A DNA stretch of 64,000 bases from Bacteroidia bacterium (GTDB lineage Bacteria; Bacteroidota; Bacteroidia; NS11-12g; UBA955): the NCBI GenBank assembly GCA_038317095.1, contig JBBQBB010000005.1, positions 20,022 to 84,021 on the forward strand, given 5' to 3'. Below are positions 8,722 to 17,917 of the stretch, piece after piece; positions within the stretch are counted from its first letter, which is position 1, and every line of letters begins with the position of its first letter. Both the position numbers and the translations under genes were made by a program. The notes beneath the pieces were generated by a model that did not search any database, was not told the DNA's origin, and saw only the letters and a list, made by a program, of their open reading frames with translations.

Positions 8722-9300
8722 TTAAGTTAAGGCATTATATTGGCTCAGATCTGGCAAGCCGGTAAGCATGCTTCTAATATTTCCGTTAAACAAGTCCACC
8801 AATTGCGCAGATATGTCCTTACCAGAACTATTGGGCATAACATTAACATTGCCTGTGTTATTATAATCACCTTCATAGTAATCTAATGCAAAGGCAAATG
8901 CATCTCTTGCCATGTTGGCATGGGTGTTGCCGCTTAAATTGTAATAGCCATCTTTTCCAAAATCTAGGGTATAATCTAGTGTAGTTCCGTTTACAGATTT
9001 TAACCAACCGTGCATGGTATAGGCATAGTACATGCCTTGTACTTTCAATTCGCCAAGTTCGGTGCGTATTAGCGGGCCATGTAGATAATAGTAATATTTG
9101 GCGTCCTGTTCCCAATGCACGGCATCTCGGCTGGTTTCGACCTGAACAATTCTGTTGTCCCCATATTAAGTGTATCTATGGTGGTATTCATCCGCTAATC
9201 CTGGGTTAAAATCAACTTGATTTACCTTGCCACTTATAGGATTGTAATTATAATAAATATGCTGGTATTGCTCACAGATTGCACCAACAACTAGAATCTT
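8722..9300 (-). pseudogene. internal fragment of an RHS/YD-repeat protein gene with an in-frame stop
   Basis: Minus-strand translation gives ...YYNYNPISGKVNQVDFNPGLADEYHHRYT*YGDNRIVQVETSRDAVHWEQDAKYYYYLHGPLIRTELGELKVQGMYYAYTMHGWLKSVNG...LFNGNIRSM.... These are YD-repeat motifs. There is a TAA at 9166-9168. About 190 codons remain, with no N- or C-terminal parts of a >1000-aa RHS protein. Confidence 0.7.
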
Positions 9301-9367
9301 TCAACTTTTTCCGCCTCGGCGGATTAACTTTTTCCGCCTCGGCGGATTAACTTTTAACTTTCAACTT
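9298..9367 (+). repeat. perfect 23-bp tandem duplication (ctttttccgcctcggcggattaa x2) flanked by ctttcaac words
   Basis: Units at 9305-9327 and 9328-9350 are identical. The core tccgcc-tc-ggcgga is palindromic. The same element family occurs inverted at 59971-60086. Confidence 0.9.
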
Positions 9368-9390
9368 CTCTATCTTTGCGGTACGAATTT

Positions 9391-11652
9391 ATGGCAGATA
9401 AAAAGTTGTTGGATGCGCTGAGTTACCATGCCGATGGGCGACCTGGAAAAATTGAAGTTGTTACTACAAAACCTACCCAAACCCAGTTAGACCTTGCCTT
9501 GGCTTACAGTCCGGGTGTGGCAGAACCCTGTTTAAAAATTGCAGAGAATAAGGATGATGTTTACAAATACACCGCCAAAGGCAATTTGGTGGCGGTAATT
9601 AGCAATGGTACTGCGGTTCTCGGTTTAGGCGATATTGGCCCAGAGGCTTCTAAGCCTGTTATGGAAGGGAAAGCAGTATTGTTTAAAATATTTGCGGATA
9701 TTGATGTTTTTGATATAGAATTGGATTGCACCAATGTGGATGATTTCGTGCGCATTGTAAAAGCCATGGAACCTACGTTTGGGGGTATTAATTTGGAAGA
9801 CATAAAAGCACCCGAAAGTTTTGAAATAGAAGAACGTTTAAAAGCAGAATTAAACATACCTATTATGCACGATGACCAGCATGGCACTGCAATTATTAGT
9901 GGTGCGGGTTTAATTAATGCATTAAAAGTAGTCGACAAAAAAATTGAAGAAGTAAAATTGGTAGTAAATGGAGCAGGTGCAAGCGCCATTGCCTGTGCGA
10001 AATTGTTTGTGAGTTTGGGTGTAAAAATCCAGAATATGATGATGCTGGATTCGAAAGGTGTGATCCATGCAGGACGCACAGATTTGGATAAATACAAACG
10101 ACAATTTATAACTGAACATGCCGATCGAACCTTGGAAGAAGCCATGGTAAATGCCGATGTTTTCGTAGGTCTATCCCGTGGCAATATTCTTACGGCAGAA
10201 ATGGTGCAAAGTATGGCCAAAGATCCTATCGTTTTTGCAATGGCCAATCCAGATCCAGAAATCGACTATCATTTGGCGGTAGCTGCAAGGCCAGATGTGC
10301 TAGTTGCTACAGGTAGAAGCGATTATCCAAACCAAGTAAACAATGTGCTGGGATTTCCATTCATTTTCCGTGGGGCACTGGATGTACGTGCAACTGCGAT
10401 TAACGAAGAAATGAAACTGGCTGCCGTGCGTGCCATTGCAGATTTGGCATTGGAACCTGTACCCGAAGTAGTGATGATGGCATATAACGATTATGACCTA
10501 GCTTTTGGTAGAAATTACATCATCCCAAAACCCATGGATCCGAGGTTGCTTACTACCGTTGCGCCTGCAGTAGCCAAGGCGGCAATGGAAAGTGGCGTTG
10601 CAAAAATGCCCATCACGGATTGGGAAGAATACAAAAACAAACTGCGCCGGCGCTTGGGCATCGACAATGATTTTGTGAACAGGTTAGTGCAAAGGGCGAG
10701 AAAGAATCCCAAACGGGTTGTTTTTGCAGAAGCGGAAGATGTTAAAATTTTGCGTGCAGCACAAGTTTGTGTTACTGAAAAAATTGCGCAACCTATATTA
10801 CTTGGACGCCGAAAACGCATTCTTGAACTCATGGAAGAGAACAATATAGAGCTTGAGAATGCAACAATATTGGATCCATGGGAGGAAGATACACTTTGTG
10901 AAGAATTTGGAGCCTTGCTTTACGAAAAAAGAAAAAGACATGGCCTAACTGCCTTTGAAGCGGTAAAACAAATGCGCTACCGCAATTATTTTGGTGCTAT
11001 GATGTTGGAAACAGGCAAGGCAGATTCTTTAATTTCAGGTTTAACCCGCAATTACCCCATTGCATTGCGCCCCATGTTGGAATGCATTGATGTAACTGGG
11101 GAGTACAAACGCATTTCTGGAATGCACATTGTAATGACCAAAAATGGACCGCTTTTTCTTGCAGATACAACGGTAAATATTGATTACAATCCACAACAAT
11201 TGGCAGAATTGGTATTGAAAGTAAACAGCAGGGTGCGCAAATTTCAGATAGAACCCCGCATAGCTTTGGTAACCTACAGCAACTTTGGCAGCAGCAGAGG
11301 TCCAGCGCCGGTGCAAATGAAAGAGGCGGTAGATATTTTGCACGCCACACACCCAGAAATAATGGTGGATGGGGAAATGCAAACCACCTATGCACTGGAT
11401 GGTGAAACCCGCATGAAACAATATCCGTTTAACAAATTGGGTGATGCACCTGCAAACACTTTAATTTTTCCCGGCTTGAACAGTGGAAATGCAGCATTTC
11501 AACTGATGCGAGGCATGGGTATGGTAGATATCATTGGTCCAGTTTTACTGGGTTTTGATAAATCCGTACATATTCTGCACCACACCAGCAATGTGCGCGA
11601 AATTGTAAACATGGTGGCATTGGCGGTAGTAGAAGCGCAAGAAAAAGGGTGA
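9391..11652 (+). CDS. maeB: NADP-dependent malic enzyme (malic enzyme plus phosphotransacetylase-like domain)
   Basis: About 753 aa with malic-enzyme N-terminal region, Rossmann VVNGAGASAIA and a C-terminal PTA-like domain, which is the MaeB architecture. ATG 9391 preferred over TTG 9376. Confidence 0.92.
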   Translation: MADKKLLDALSYHADGRPGKIEVVTTKPTQTQLDLALAYSPGVAEPCLKIAENKDDVYKYTAKGNLVAVISNGTAVLGLGDIGPEASKPVMEGKAVLFKIFADIDVFDIELDCTNVDDFVRIVKAMEPTFGGINLEDIKAPESFEIEERLKAELNIPIMHDDQHGTAIISGAGLINALKVVDKKIEEVKLVVNGAGASAIACAKLFVSLGVKIQNMMMLDSKGVIHAGRTDLDKYKRQFITEHADRTLEEAMVNADVFVGLSRGNILTAEMVQSMAKDPIVFAMANPDPEIDYHLAVAARPDVLVATGRSDYPNQVNNVLGFPFIFRGALDVRATAINEEMKLAAVRAIADLALEPVPEVVMMAYNDYDLAFGRNYIIPKPMDPRLLTTVAPAVAKAAMESGVAKMPITDWEEYKNKLRRRLGIDNDFVNRLVQRARKNPKRVVFAEAEDVKILRAAQVCVTEKIAQPILLGRRKRILELMEENNIELENATILDPWEEDTLCEEFGALLYEKRKRHGLTAFEAVKQMRYRNYFGAMMLETGKADSLISGLTRNYPIALRPMLECIDVTGEYKRISGMHIVMTKNGPLFLADTTVNIDYNPQQLAELVLKVNSRVRKFQIEPRIALVTYSNFGSSRGPAPVQMKEAVDILHATHPEIMVDGEMQTTYALDGETRMKQYPFNKLGDAPANTLIFPGLNSGNAAFQLMRGMGMVDIIGPVLLGFDKSVHILHHTSNVREIVNMVALAVVEAQEKG

Positions 11653-11687
11653 TGACGTCATTTTTCTATTATTTATTCTCGTAAATT

Positions 11688-12125
11688 ATGCAAAATCTAA
11701 ACATTGAAATTGCGAAATTCGGAAGCCGAAATCAAATCCAGAGCATTGGCTTGAGGCATGAAGTTTTGCGCAAACCCTTGCACTTGGTTTTTGTTCCAAA
11801 TTCGTTGTTAAAAGAAGAAAATGATACGCATATTGTTGCCTTAATGGACAATTTGGTAGTAGGTGTAATGTTGCTTACGCAAATTTATTCAAATGTGCTA
11901 AAAATGCGTCAAGTTGCGGTTTCTGAGAAATACCAATCCAAGGGAATTGGGCAAAAAATGGTGGATTTTGCAAAGAATTTGGCCATTGAAAACAATTGTA
12001 AAAAAATAGAATTGCACGCACGCGAAACGGCTGTCGAATTTTATTTAAACCTAGGATACGAAAAGGTGGGTGTGTGGTTTGAAGAAGTAGGGCTTGGGCA
12101 TTGGAAAATGGTTAAGGAATTGTGA
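11688..12125 (+). CDS. GNAT family N-acetyltransferase
   Basis: 145 aa with acetyl-CoA motif QVAVSEKYQSKGIGQKMV. Confidence 0.85.
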   Translation: MQNLNIEIAKFGSRNQIQSIGLRHEVLRKPLHLVFVPNSLLKEENDTHIVALMDNLVVGVMLLTQIYSNVLKMRQVAVSEKYQSKGIGQKMVDFAKNLAIENNCKKIELHARETAVEFYLNLGYEKVGVWFEEVGLGHWKMVKEL

Positions 12126-12242
12126 TCCACCGCGGCGGAGTATACGATTAATGATCAATAGTATAATATTGTAGGATCTAATAAAACTTCGCAAAACGGA
12201 GACAAAAAGTGCAGAAAATAGGCAATTGACTCTGAAAGAGTC

Positions 12243-12275
12243 ATTCATTAATAGAATTCATTAATAGAATTCATT
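12243..12275. repeat. 13-bp tandem repeat attcattaataga x2.5
   Basis: Units at 12243-12255 and 12256-12268, then a partial third, in the convergent intergenic region. Confidence 0.8.
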
Positions 12276-12321
12276 CACAAAATCCGGTTTTCATTTCAAA
12301 CAAATTCCCAATTGATAAATT

Positions 12322-13119
12322 TTATTTATAACCCACCCATTTGCGGTTGGTTTTGTCAAACAACCAATATATTCCATTGCAATAGCTGAAATTGAACATT
12401 TCATATACAACCGCTGTTTTAGGCAGATTTATGGTTTTGGTAACAAAATAACCATTAGCATTGATCAAATATATTTTCTTATTGGTAAAATCCAAAACAC
12501 CAAATTCCATTTTAGGAATTCCAGTATAAACTAGGGTGGTGGAGTTTAAATCTTCTTTCTGACCTGGTAAGTTTTTAATTTCACCATTACTTTTAAACTC
12601 ACCTGTGTTTCTATTATATATGTATATGTTTGATTCAGATAAAAAATAAACTTCGTCTTGCAAGGCGTTAAAGGCACCTGAGCTGTTATTGTCGGGTTGA
12701 TATTCAGATTCATCATACTCATCCCATTCAAAAATGAGGTCTGTTTTTGCTTCGGGAAAACCACTGGATTCGATTTTTTTAGACCAATAACCGTCTGTTA
12801 CACCATGTCCATTGCCTTCAACCGCGTTGGTTTTTGCATTATACCAAAAGCCTCTGACATCAAAACCTGTGTAAATCCCGGATTTCAATAATTTCCCTTT
12901 CGAACTAAATACCGAAATAGGAAACTTTTCATTTCCAGCGAATACGGAATAATACATCTTTTTTTGCGGGTTGTAGGCTACTCCAGCAGCATTGGAACCA
13001 TCGCCAGCAGGCATGGTTAAAACTATAGTCTGTTTTAAAACTTTATCCTTTAGTGAGACTGAGCTTAAAACCAATAGAAGGGAAAGGGTAAGTGCAGAGG
13101 CAAATATTTTCTTTTTCAT
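12322..13119 (-). CDS. secreted hypothetical protein
   Basis: 265 aa with signal peptide MKKKIFASALTLSLLLVLSS. Beta-rich, with no domain I recognise. Confidence 0.7.
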   Translation of the reverse strand: MKKKIFASALTLSLLLVLSSVSLKDKVLKQTIVLTMPAGDGSNAAGVAYNPQKKMYYSVFAGNEKFPISVFSSKGKLLKSGIYTGFDVRGFWYNAKTNAVEGNGHGVTDGYWSKKIESSGFPEAKTDLIFEWDEYDESEYQPDNNSSGAFNALQDEVYFLSESNIYIYNRNTGEFKSNGEIKNLPGQKEDLNSTTLVYTGIPKMEFGVLDFTNKKIYLINANGYFVTKTINLPKTAVVYEMFNFSYCNGIYWLFDKTNRKWVGYK

Positions 13120-13280
13120 TTTATGGGATTTTAACTTTTTAGAGAAGCAAATATGAGATTAAATTCATTTAGAACCAAACCAAATAAATTTTAAGTGAAT
13201 ACACTCAAAGGAAGAAAAGCCCATCTCAACGATTCATAGTGAATCTGCGTGTTCTGCTCCTTATATTTGCATCCAATTTA

Positions 13281-14621
13281 ATGGGAACCTTAATTACGAT
13301 TTCACAATTCATTTTGGCATTGGCCATATTGGTTACACTTCACGAACTTGGTCACTACCTCGCAGCAAGGGCATTTGGTATTCGCGTAGAAAAATTTTAC
13401 CTTTTTTTTGACGCCTTTGGTTTTAAACTTTTTAAATTCAAAAAAGGCGACACTGAATATGGTATTGGTTGGTTGCCCCTTGGCGGCTATGTGAAAATTT
13501 CAGGAATGATAGATGAAAGTTTGGATTCCAAACAATTGGCTTCGGCTCCCGAAAAATGGGAATTTAGAAGCAAACCGGCATGGCAGAGGCTGATTGTGAT
13601 GATTGGCGGAGTAACCGTGAACCTAATACTTGGTATTGGTATCTTCATCGCACTTTTATGGTCTTATGGCGAAAGTTATATCCCCAACAAAATTGTGAAT
13701 GAAATGGGTGGTATATACGCCAGTCCTGATGCCCGCAAAATGGGTTTGCAAAATGGCGATAAAATCATAAGTCTAAATGGCAAAGTGGTTACGGACCTTA
13801 CCGGTGATTTCGGCGACCCCGATTTTTTAATGTCCAAAGAAAAAAATGTGTTGGTGAACCGCAAAGGAAAAGATACCACCATATCATTACCACAACATAT
13901 AGAAAATTACCTGGGTAAGGACAAGTTGCCATTGGTGGAACTGCCTTACTTATTTAAGATAGGCGCAATTACAGGTGGCAGCAACGCCCAAAAAGCGGGT
14001 TTGCAAGCGGGGGATATGATCGCTGAAGTCAATGGAAAAGACAGTCGTGTATTTTATGTGTTTAAAGAATATTTGCTTGAGAACAAAGGCAAGGAAATTC
14101 TTCTTACAGTTGTGACAACCAAGGACGGTGTTAAAAAAATGAAGGCCAATGTGGAAAAAGATGGTACATTGGGTTTTCAACCAGAAACGTTTGGGTTTGA
14201 AGGAAAAGAGGTCAAAATTGATTATACATTGGGCCAAAGCATTACACATGGCACTGCCAAAAGTATGGGTGCCTTGGGTGCAAACATTAAAGCATTCGGA
14301 AAAGTATTTACTGGCGAAATGAGTGCCAAAAAATCATTGGGTGGACCTATAACCATTGCAAAAATGTTTGGCGCACATTGGATTTGGTTTAAATTCTGGA
14401 CCCTTACCGCAATGCTATCTTTGGTGCTTGCGTTTATGAATATACTGCCTATTCCTGCGTTAGACGGCGGACATGTGATGTTCTTGCTGTACGAAATTAT
14501 TACCCGTCGCCCCGTAAACGAAAAAGTATTGTACGTGGGTCAAATTGTGGGCATGGTGCTTTTGGCATCCTTGATGGTATTCATATTCTGGGTAGACATT
14601 GCACGCCTTTTTGGAATGTAA
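13281..14621 (+). CDS. rseP: RIP metalloprotease RseP (site-2 protease)
   Basis: HELGHY zinc motif in TM1, PDZ-like middle and NILPIPALDGGH motif. ATG 13281 preferred over GTG 13239. Confidence 0.92.
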   Translation: MGTLITISQFILALAILVTLHELGHYLAARAFGIRVEKFYLFFDAFGFKLFKFKKGDTEYGIGWLPLGGYVKISGMIDESLDSKQLASAPEKWEFRSKPAWQRLIVMIGGVTVNLILGIGIFIALLWSYGESYIPNKIVNEMGGIYASPDARKMGLQNGDKIISLNGKVVTDLTGDFGDPDFLMSKEKNVLVNRKGKDTTISLPQHIENYLGKDKLPLVELPYLFKIGAITGGSNAQKAGLQAGDMIAEVNGKDSRVFYVFKEYLLENKGKEILLTVVTTKDGVKKMKANVEKDGTLGFQPETFGFEGKEVKIDYTLGQSITHGTAKSMGALGANIKAFGKVFTGEMSAKKSLGGPITIAKMFGAHWIWFKFWTLTAMLSLVLAFMNILPIPALDGGHVMFLLYEIITRRPVNEKVLYVGQIVGMVLLASLMVFIFWVDIARLFGM

Positions 14622-15148
14622 TGTTAGATAAATTTGCTTTCTATGGCTTGCAGCCAGCGCTTTTGATAGATGAAGCTGCTCTAAGGTTGAAATACCTAGA
14701 ATTTCAGCGATTGTGGCATCCCGATTTTTTTGCGTCAAATCCTATTGCCCAGTTGGATGCTGTTGCCAAAACGGCAAAGAACAATGAAGACTATAAAACA
14801 TTGCAAAATTTCCACAACCGTGTTCAATATTTTTTGCAAGAATATGGACTTTGGAACGAAGGTGAAAAACATACCCTTCCCCAAGATTTCTTGATGGAAA
14901 TGCTGGATTTGAACGATGAAATAGACTTAGCGAAAACAGGCAACAGCGAACAAAAAGAAAAGGTGAGAGTCCTATTGACTGAATCCATGAAATCCATAGA
15001 AAATCATTTAATTCAGCATGCCCAATTGGCAGATTCGGAGCCAAGCCATTGGTCTAAAGATTACTTTGGTCCGTTGCGCCAAACCTACGAAAAACTGCGT
15101 TATTTAACCAGGTTGAAAGGGAATTTGGACGGCAATAGCGAATATTGA
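14621..15148 (+). CDS. HscB-like J-domain co-chaperone
   Basis: 175 aa. The N-terminus F.FYGLQP...LRLKYLEFQRLWHPDFF contains the HPD motif. The start overlaps the rseP stop. Confidence 0.6.
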   Translation: MLDKFAFYGLQPALLIDEAALRLKYLEFQRLWHPDFFASNPIAQLDAVAKTAKNNEDYKTLQNFHNRVQYFLQEYGLWNEGEKHTLPQDFLMEMLDLNDEIDLAKTGNSEQKEKVRVLLTESMKSIENHLIQHAQLADSEPSHWSKDYFGPLRQTYEKLRYLTRLKGNLDGNSEY

Positions 15149-15266
15149 TGGGGTAATATCCATTTTTTGAATTCAACCAAAGAAATATATATTTTTTCAC
15201 CACTGAGGCACGCTTCAATTGCCGACAATAAACCTAGCGTAGCTGTTTATTTCCTCTGCGTCCTTC

Positions 15267-15306
15267 GCGCCCCTGCCTTTGTCGCAGGCAGGTCTCTGTT
15301 TTTTTT
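15267..15306 (+). terminator. 28-nt hairpin repeat (copy 2) followed by a T8 run; possible terminator after the hscB-like gene
   Basis: cctgcc (15272-15277) pairs with ggcagg (15287-15292), and a T-run follows at 15299-15306. A 6-nt spacer between stem and T-run makes it non-canonical. Confidence 0.4.
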
Positions 15307-15654
15307 ACAATCATTTCATCCCTTCGGGATTGGGTTTTGGTGCCATATATAGTCCTATATTCTAGAATTCAACCGATCAAACTTGTTTTATCGGAATTCA
15401 CGACTACAGCGGAGTTGCGCATTTTTACCGCGTAAATATAGTAGGAACTGGTTTGGCGAATTTTTTGCCAAATAAATTAATATGCCATTCAAACTTCTCT
15501 TTCAGGAGAGGGTGCCAGCGCCTTTCATTGTCGGCGGGTGAGGGCGAAAAAGTACGACAAACTCCCAAATGGAAAAGGAGACACAAATAAGGATAACATT
15601 TTTTTTATAAGACCAGCCTCATTCTTTTCACTTAAAATTCCCTAACATTGCACT

Positions 15655-16152
15655 ATGGCTGAACCCAAAACATTGATTCTCGACCATAATACCATTTTAA
15701 CCAAAATAGACCGCATTGCTTGTGAAATCTGCGAAAAACACACCGATTCTGCCGGTCTGCTTGTTGTAGGTCTCAATGAACGGGGTTTTTATTTGGCCTC
15801 GGCGTTGGTAAAAAAAATGGAGCAAATACTTCCAAGTATCGCAACTACTCTTGTCCAAGTGGTATGCGAAGGCAAAAACAGCCCTGCGTACTTAACCGAA
15901 ACAAACTTTCACAATGAGCATGTATTGGTAGTAGACGATGTAATAAATACTGGCCGCACTTTGATGATGGTATTGCAGCACATATTTGAACAAAAGCCCC
16001 TATCTATCGAAACTGCCTTTCTTGCCAAGCGAGAACACCGAAGTTTTCCGGTAAAGGCAGATTATGTAGGCATATCCTTGGCTACAACCATGTTAGAGCA
16101 TGTGCATTTCGACAATTCCAATCCAGAATCTTTGAATGTTTTTCTGAATTAA
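15655..16152 (+). CDS. PyrR-like phosphoribosyltransferase family protein
   Basis: 165 aa with PRPP-binding loop VLVVDDVINTGRTL. Length and N-terminus resemble PyrR. Confidence 0.75.
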   Translation: MAEPKTLILDHNTILTKIDRIACEICEKHTDSAGLLVVGLNERGFYLASALVKKMEQILPSIATTLVQVVCEGKNSPAYLTETNFHNEHVLVVDDVINTGRTLMMVLQHIFEQKPLSIETAFLAKREHRSFPVKADYVGISLATTMLEHVHFDNSNPESLNVFLN

Positions 16153-16261
16153 TGCCTGAAATTTTCAGGTATTGTATTTAATCTCTATTTTAGCCAACTT
16201 TAACACCTTGTTGTATCACTTTAGGGCAAAGTAAACAAACATAAAACGACGAATAAAAAAT

Positions 16262-17824
16262 ATGAATACACAGACTCAAACAGGAAAAGGACACCCCAAA
16301 GGCTTGTACTTTTTGTTCTTCACAGAAATGTGGGAACGATTCAGTTATTATGGAATGAGGGCAATCTTCATTCTGTTCATGACCAAAGTTTTGTTAATTG
16401 ACGATGTAAATGCCTCACAAATTTATGGCAGTTACACGGGCTTGGTTTATTTAACCCCGCTATTGGGTGGTTATCTCTGCGACAGATACCTTGGCAATAG
16501 GCATAGTATTATTATAGGCGGTGGGCTTATGGCATTGGGTCAATTTTGTATGTTTCTAAGCGCTTCAAGTGGGCACGACGGGGGCACTGCCATTATGTGG
16601 ATGGGTCTGACTTCGTTAATTATAGGAAACGGATTTTTTAAACCCAATATATCAACAATGGTAGGTCAGTTGTATCCAGAAAATGACCGAAGAATTGACA
16701 GCGCATTTACTATTTTCTACATGGGTATCAACTTAGGTGCATTCTTTTCACCCCTGGTTTGTGGTTCAATGGATTTTAAATGGGGCTTTTTGGCCGCTTG
16801 TATAGGCATGATTATTTCCTTGATTGTTTTTATCATGTATCAGAAAAAATACCTGATTTCTGAAATGGGAAAAGAAATTGGTTTGCCAGTAAAAAAACTA
16901 GATGTTACCGGTATTCTTTCAATTTTGGGATCAATTGCTTTGGTATATTTTATGTTAAATTTTAAACAAATGTTTAAAAGCAATATTGATATCATAAGTT
17001 ATTTTATTTATGGTGCAATGGTTATTATGCCCTTTGTTATTTTGCTAGACAAAAGCCTGACCGTAATTGAAAGAAAAAGAATTATAGTTATATTTATTCT
17101 AGCATTTTTTGTTATTTTCTTTTGGGGTGCTTTCGAACAAGCAGGTGCATCGCTTACGTTATTTGCAGACAGGCAAACCGACCGTCATATTATGGGTTGG
17201 GAAATGCCTGCTTCTTATTTTCAATCTATCAATCCGCTTGGTGTAATCCTCATGGCTCCGCTTTTTACGCTTATTTGGGGCTTTTTATATGTTAGAAAAT
17301 TAGAACCTTCTTCACCCAAAAAAATGGCCTTAGGTCTTTTACTCGTGGCTCTAGGTTATATAATTATTGCCATTGCAGTAAAGGGTTTAGGACTCGATCA
17401 TAAAGTTTCCATGTGGTGGCTCGTAGGTTTGTATGTCATTCACACAATGGGAGAATTATGTTTGTCGCCAATTGGCCTGTCTATGGTTTCTAAATTAGCG
17501 CCATTGCGCTTGTCTTCATTAATGATGGGTACTTGGTTCTTGGCTAACTCCGCTGCCAATAAATTTGCAGGAACTCTAAGCGCATTAATTCCTCCCTCTG
17601 GTCCGGTTGATGGTGCTAAGCCTATCGTATATCCATCCTTTTTGGGCTTTCAAATTACAAATTTGTACGAGTTTTTTACTCTATTTATTATCATGACTGG
17701 TATTGCTGCCGCTATATTATTTGTTCTTAGTGGTTGGTTGGAAAAAATGATTGTTGTAAAACACGAAGATGTTCAACCTATTATGCATAACGAAGATATA
17801 AATCCAGATAATACAGAATCGTAA
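16262..17824 (+). CDS. POT/PTR2 family di/tripeptide:proton symporter (paralogue 1)
   Basis: 520 aa, polytopic, with ExxERFxYY motif FTEMWERFSYYGMR. Confidence 0.9.
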   Translation: MNTQTQTGKGHPKGLYFLFFTEMWERFSYYGMRAIFILFMTKVLLIDDVNASQIYGSYTGLVYLTPLLGGYLCDRYLGNRHSIIIGGGLMALGQFCMFLSASSGHDGGTAIMWMGLTSLIIGNGFFKPNISTMVGQLYPENDRRIDSAFTIFYMGINLGAFFSPLVCGSMDFKWGFLAACIGMIISLIVFIMYQKKYLISEMGKEIGLPVKKLDVTGILSILGSIALVYFMLNFKQMFKSNIDIISYFIYGAMVIMPFVILLDKSLTVIERKRIIVIFILAFFVIFFWGAFEQAGASLTLFADRQTDRHIMGWEMPASYFQSINPLGVILMAPLFTLIWGFLYVRKLEPSSPKKMALGLLLVALGYIIIAIAVKGLGLDHKVSMWWLVGLYVIHTMGELCLSPIGLSMVSKLAPLRLSSLMMGTWFLANSAANKFAGTLSALIPPSGPVDGAKPIVYPSFLGFQITNLYEFFTLFIIMTGIAAAILFVLSGWLEKMIVVKHEDVQPIMHNEDINPDNTES

Positions 17825-17849
17825 TTGATTCAAACGGATTGCTAAAAAG

Positions 17850-17885
17850 CCGCCAAACGAACTCTTCGTTTGGCGGTTTTTTTTT
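17850..17885 (+). terminator. rho-independent terminator
   Basis: Perfect 12-bp stem ccgccaaacgaa/ttcgtttggcgg with a 3-nt loop, followed by T9. Confidence 0.9.
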
Positions 17886-17917
17886 GTGAAAACAATCGGC
17901 TATTATTGCTTTTTATT

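Noticed and set aside
8873-9115. 80-aa alternative-frame ORF within the RHS relic
   Set aside because: It overlaps the frame that carries clear YD-repeat motifs, and its own translation has no features.
9561-10247. Long antisense shadow ORFs inside well-supported genes. Examples are 9561-10247 in maeB, 36377-37063 in fmt, 3486-3971 in fumC, 1777-2163 in folP, 28676-29101 in folC, 34701-35108 and 29647-29970.
   Set aside because: Each is fully contained in, and antisense to, a gene with strong family motifs. Their translations are low-complexity with no motifs, as is typical of shadow ORFs.
15167-15352. 61-aa ORF in the hscB-pyrR-like spacer, and the 91-aa ORF at 27833-28108
   Set aside because: Both are assembled from the GC-rich hairpin repeat or the word-repeat relics (ATKARSHE-type junk translation) and have no plausible start context.
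15407-15420. Exact 14-mer cagcggagttgcgc shared with 27309-27322
   Set aside because: A single exact 14-mer match is expected several times by chance among all position pairs in 64 kb, and is only weakly unusual within intergenic DNA. Flanking similarity is poor, so it is not reported as a repeat family.
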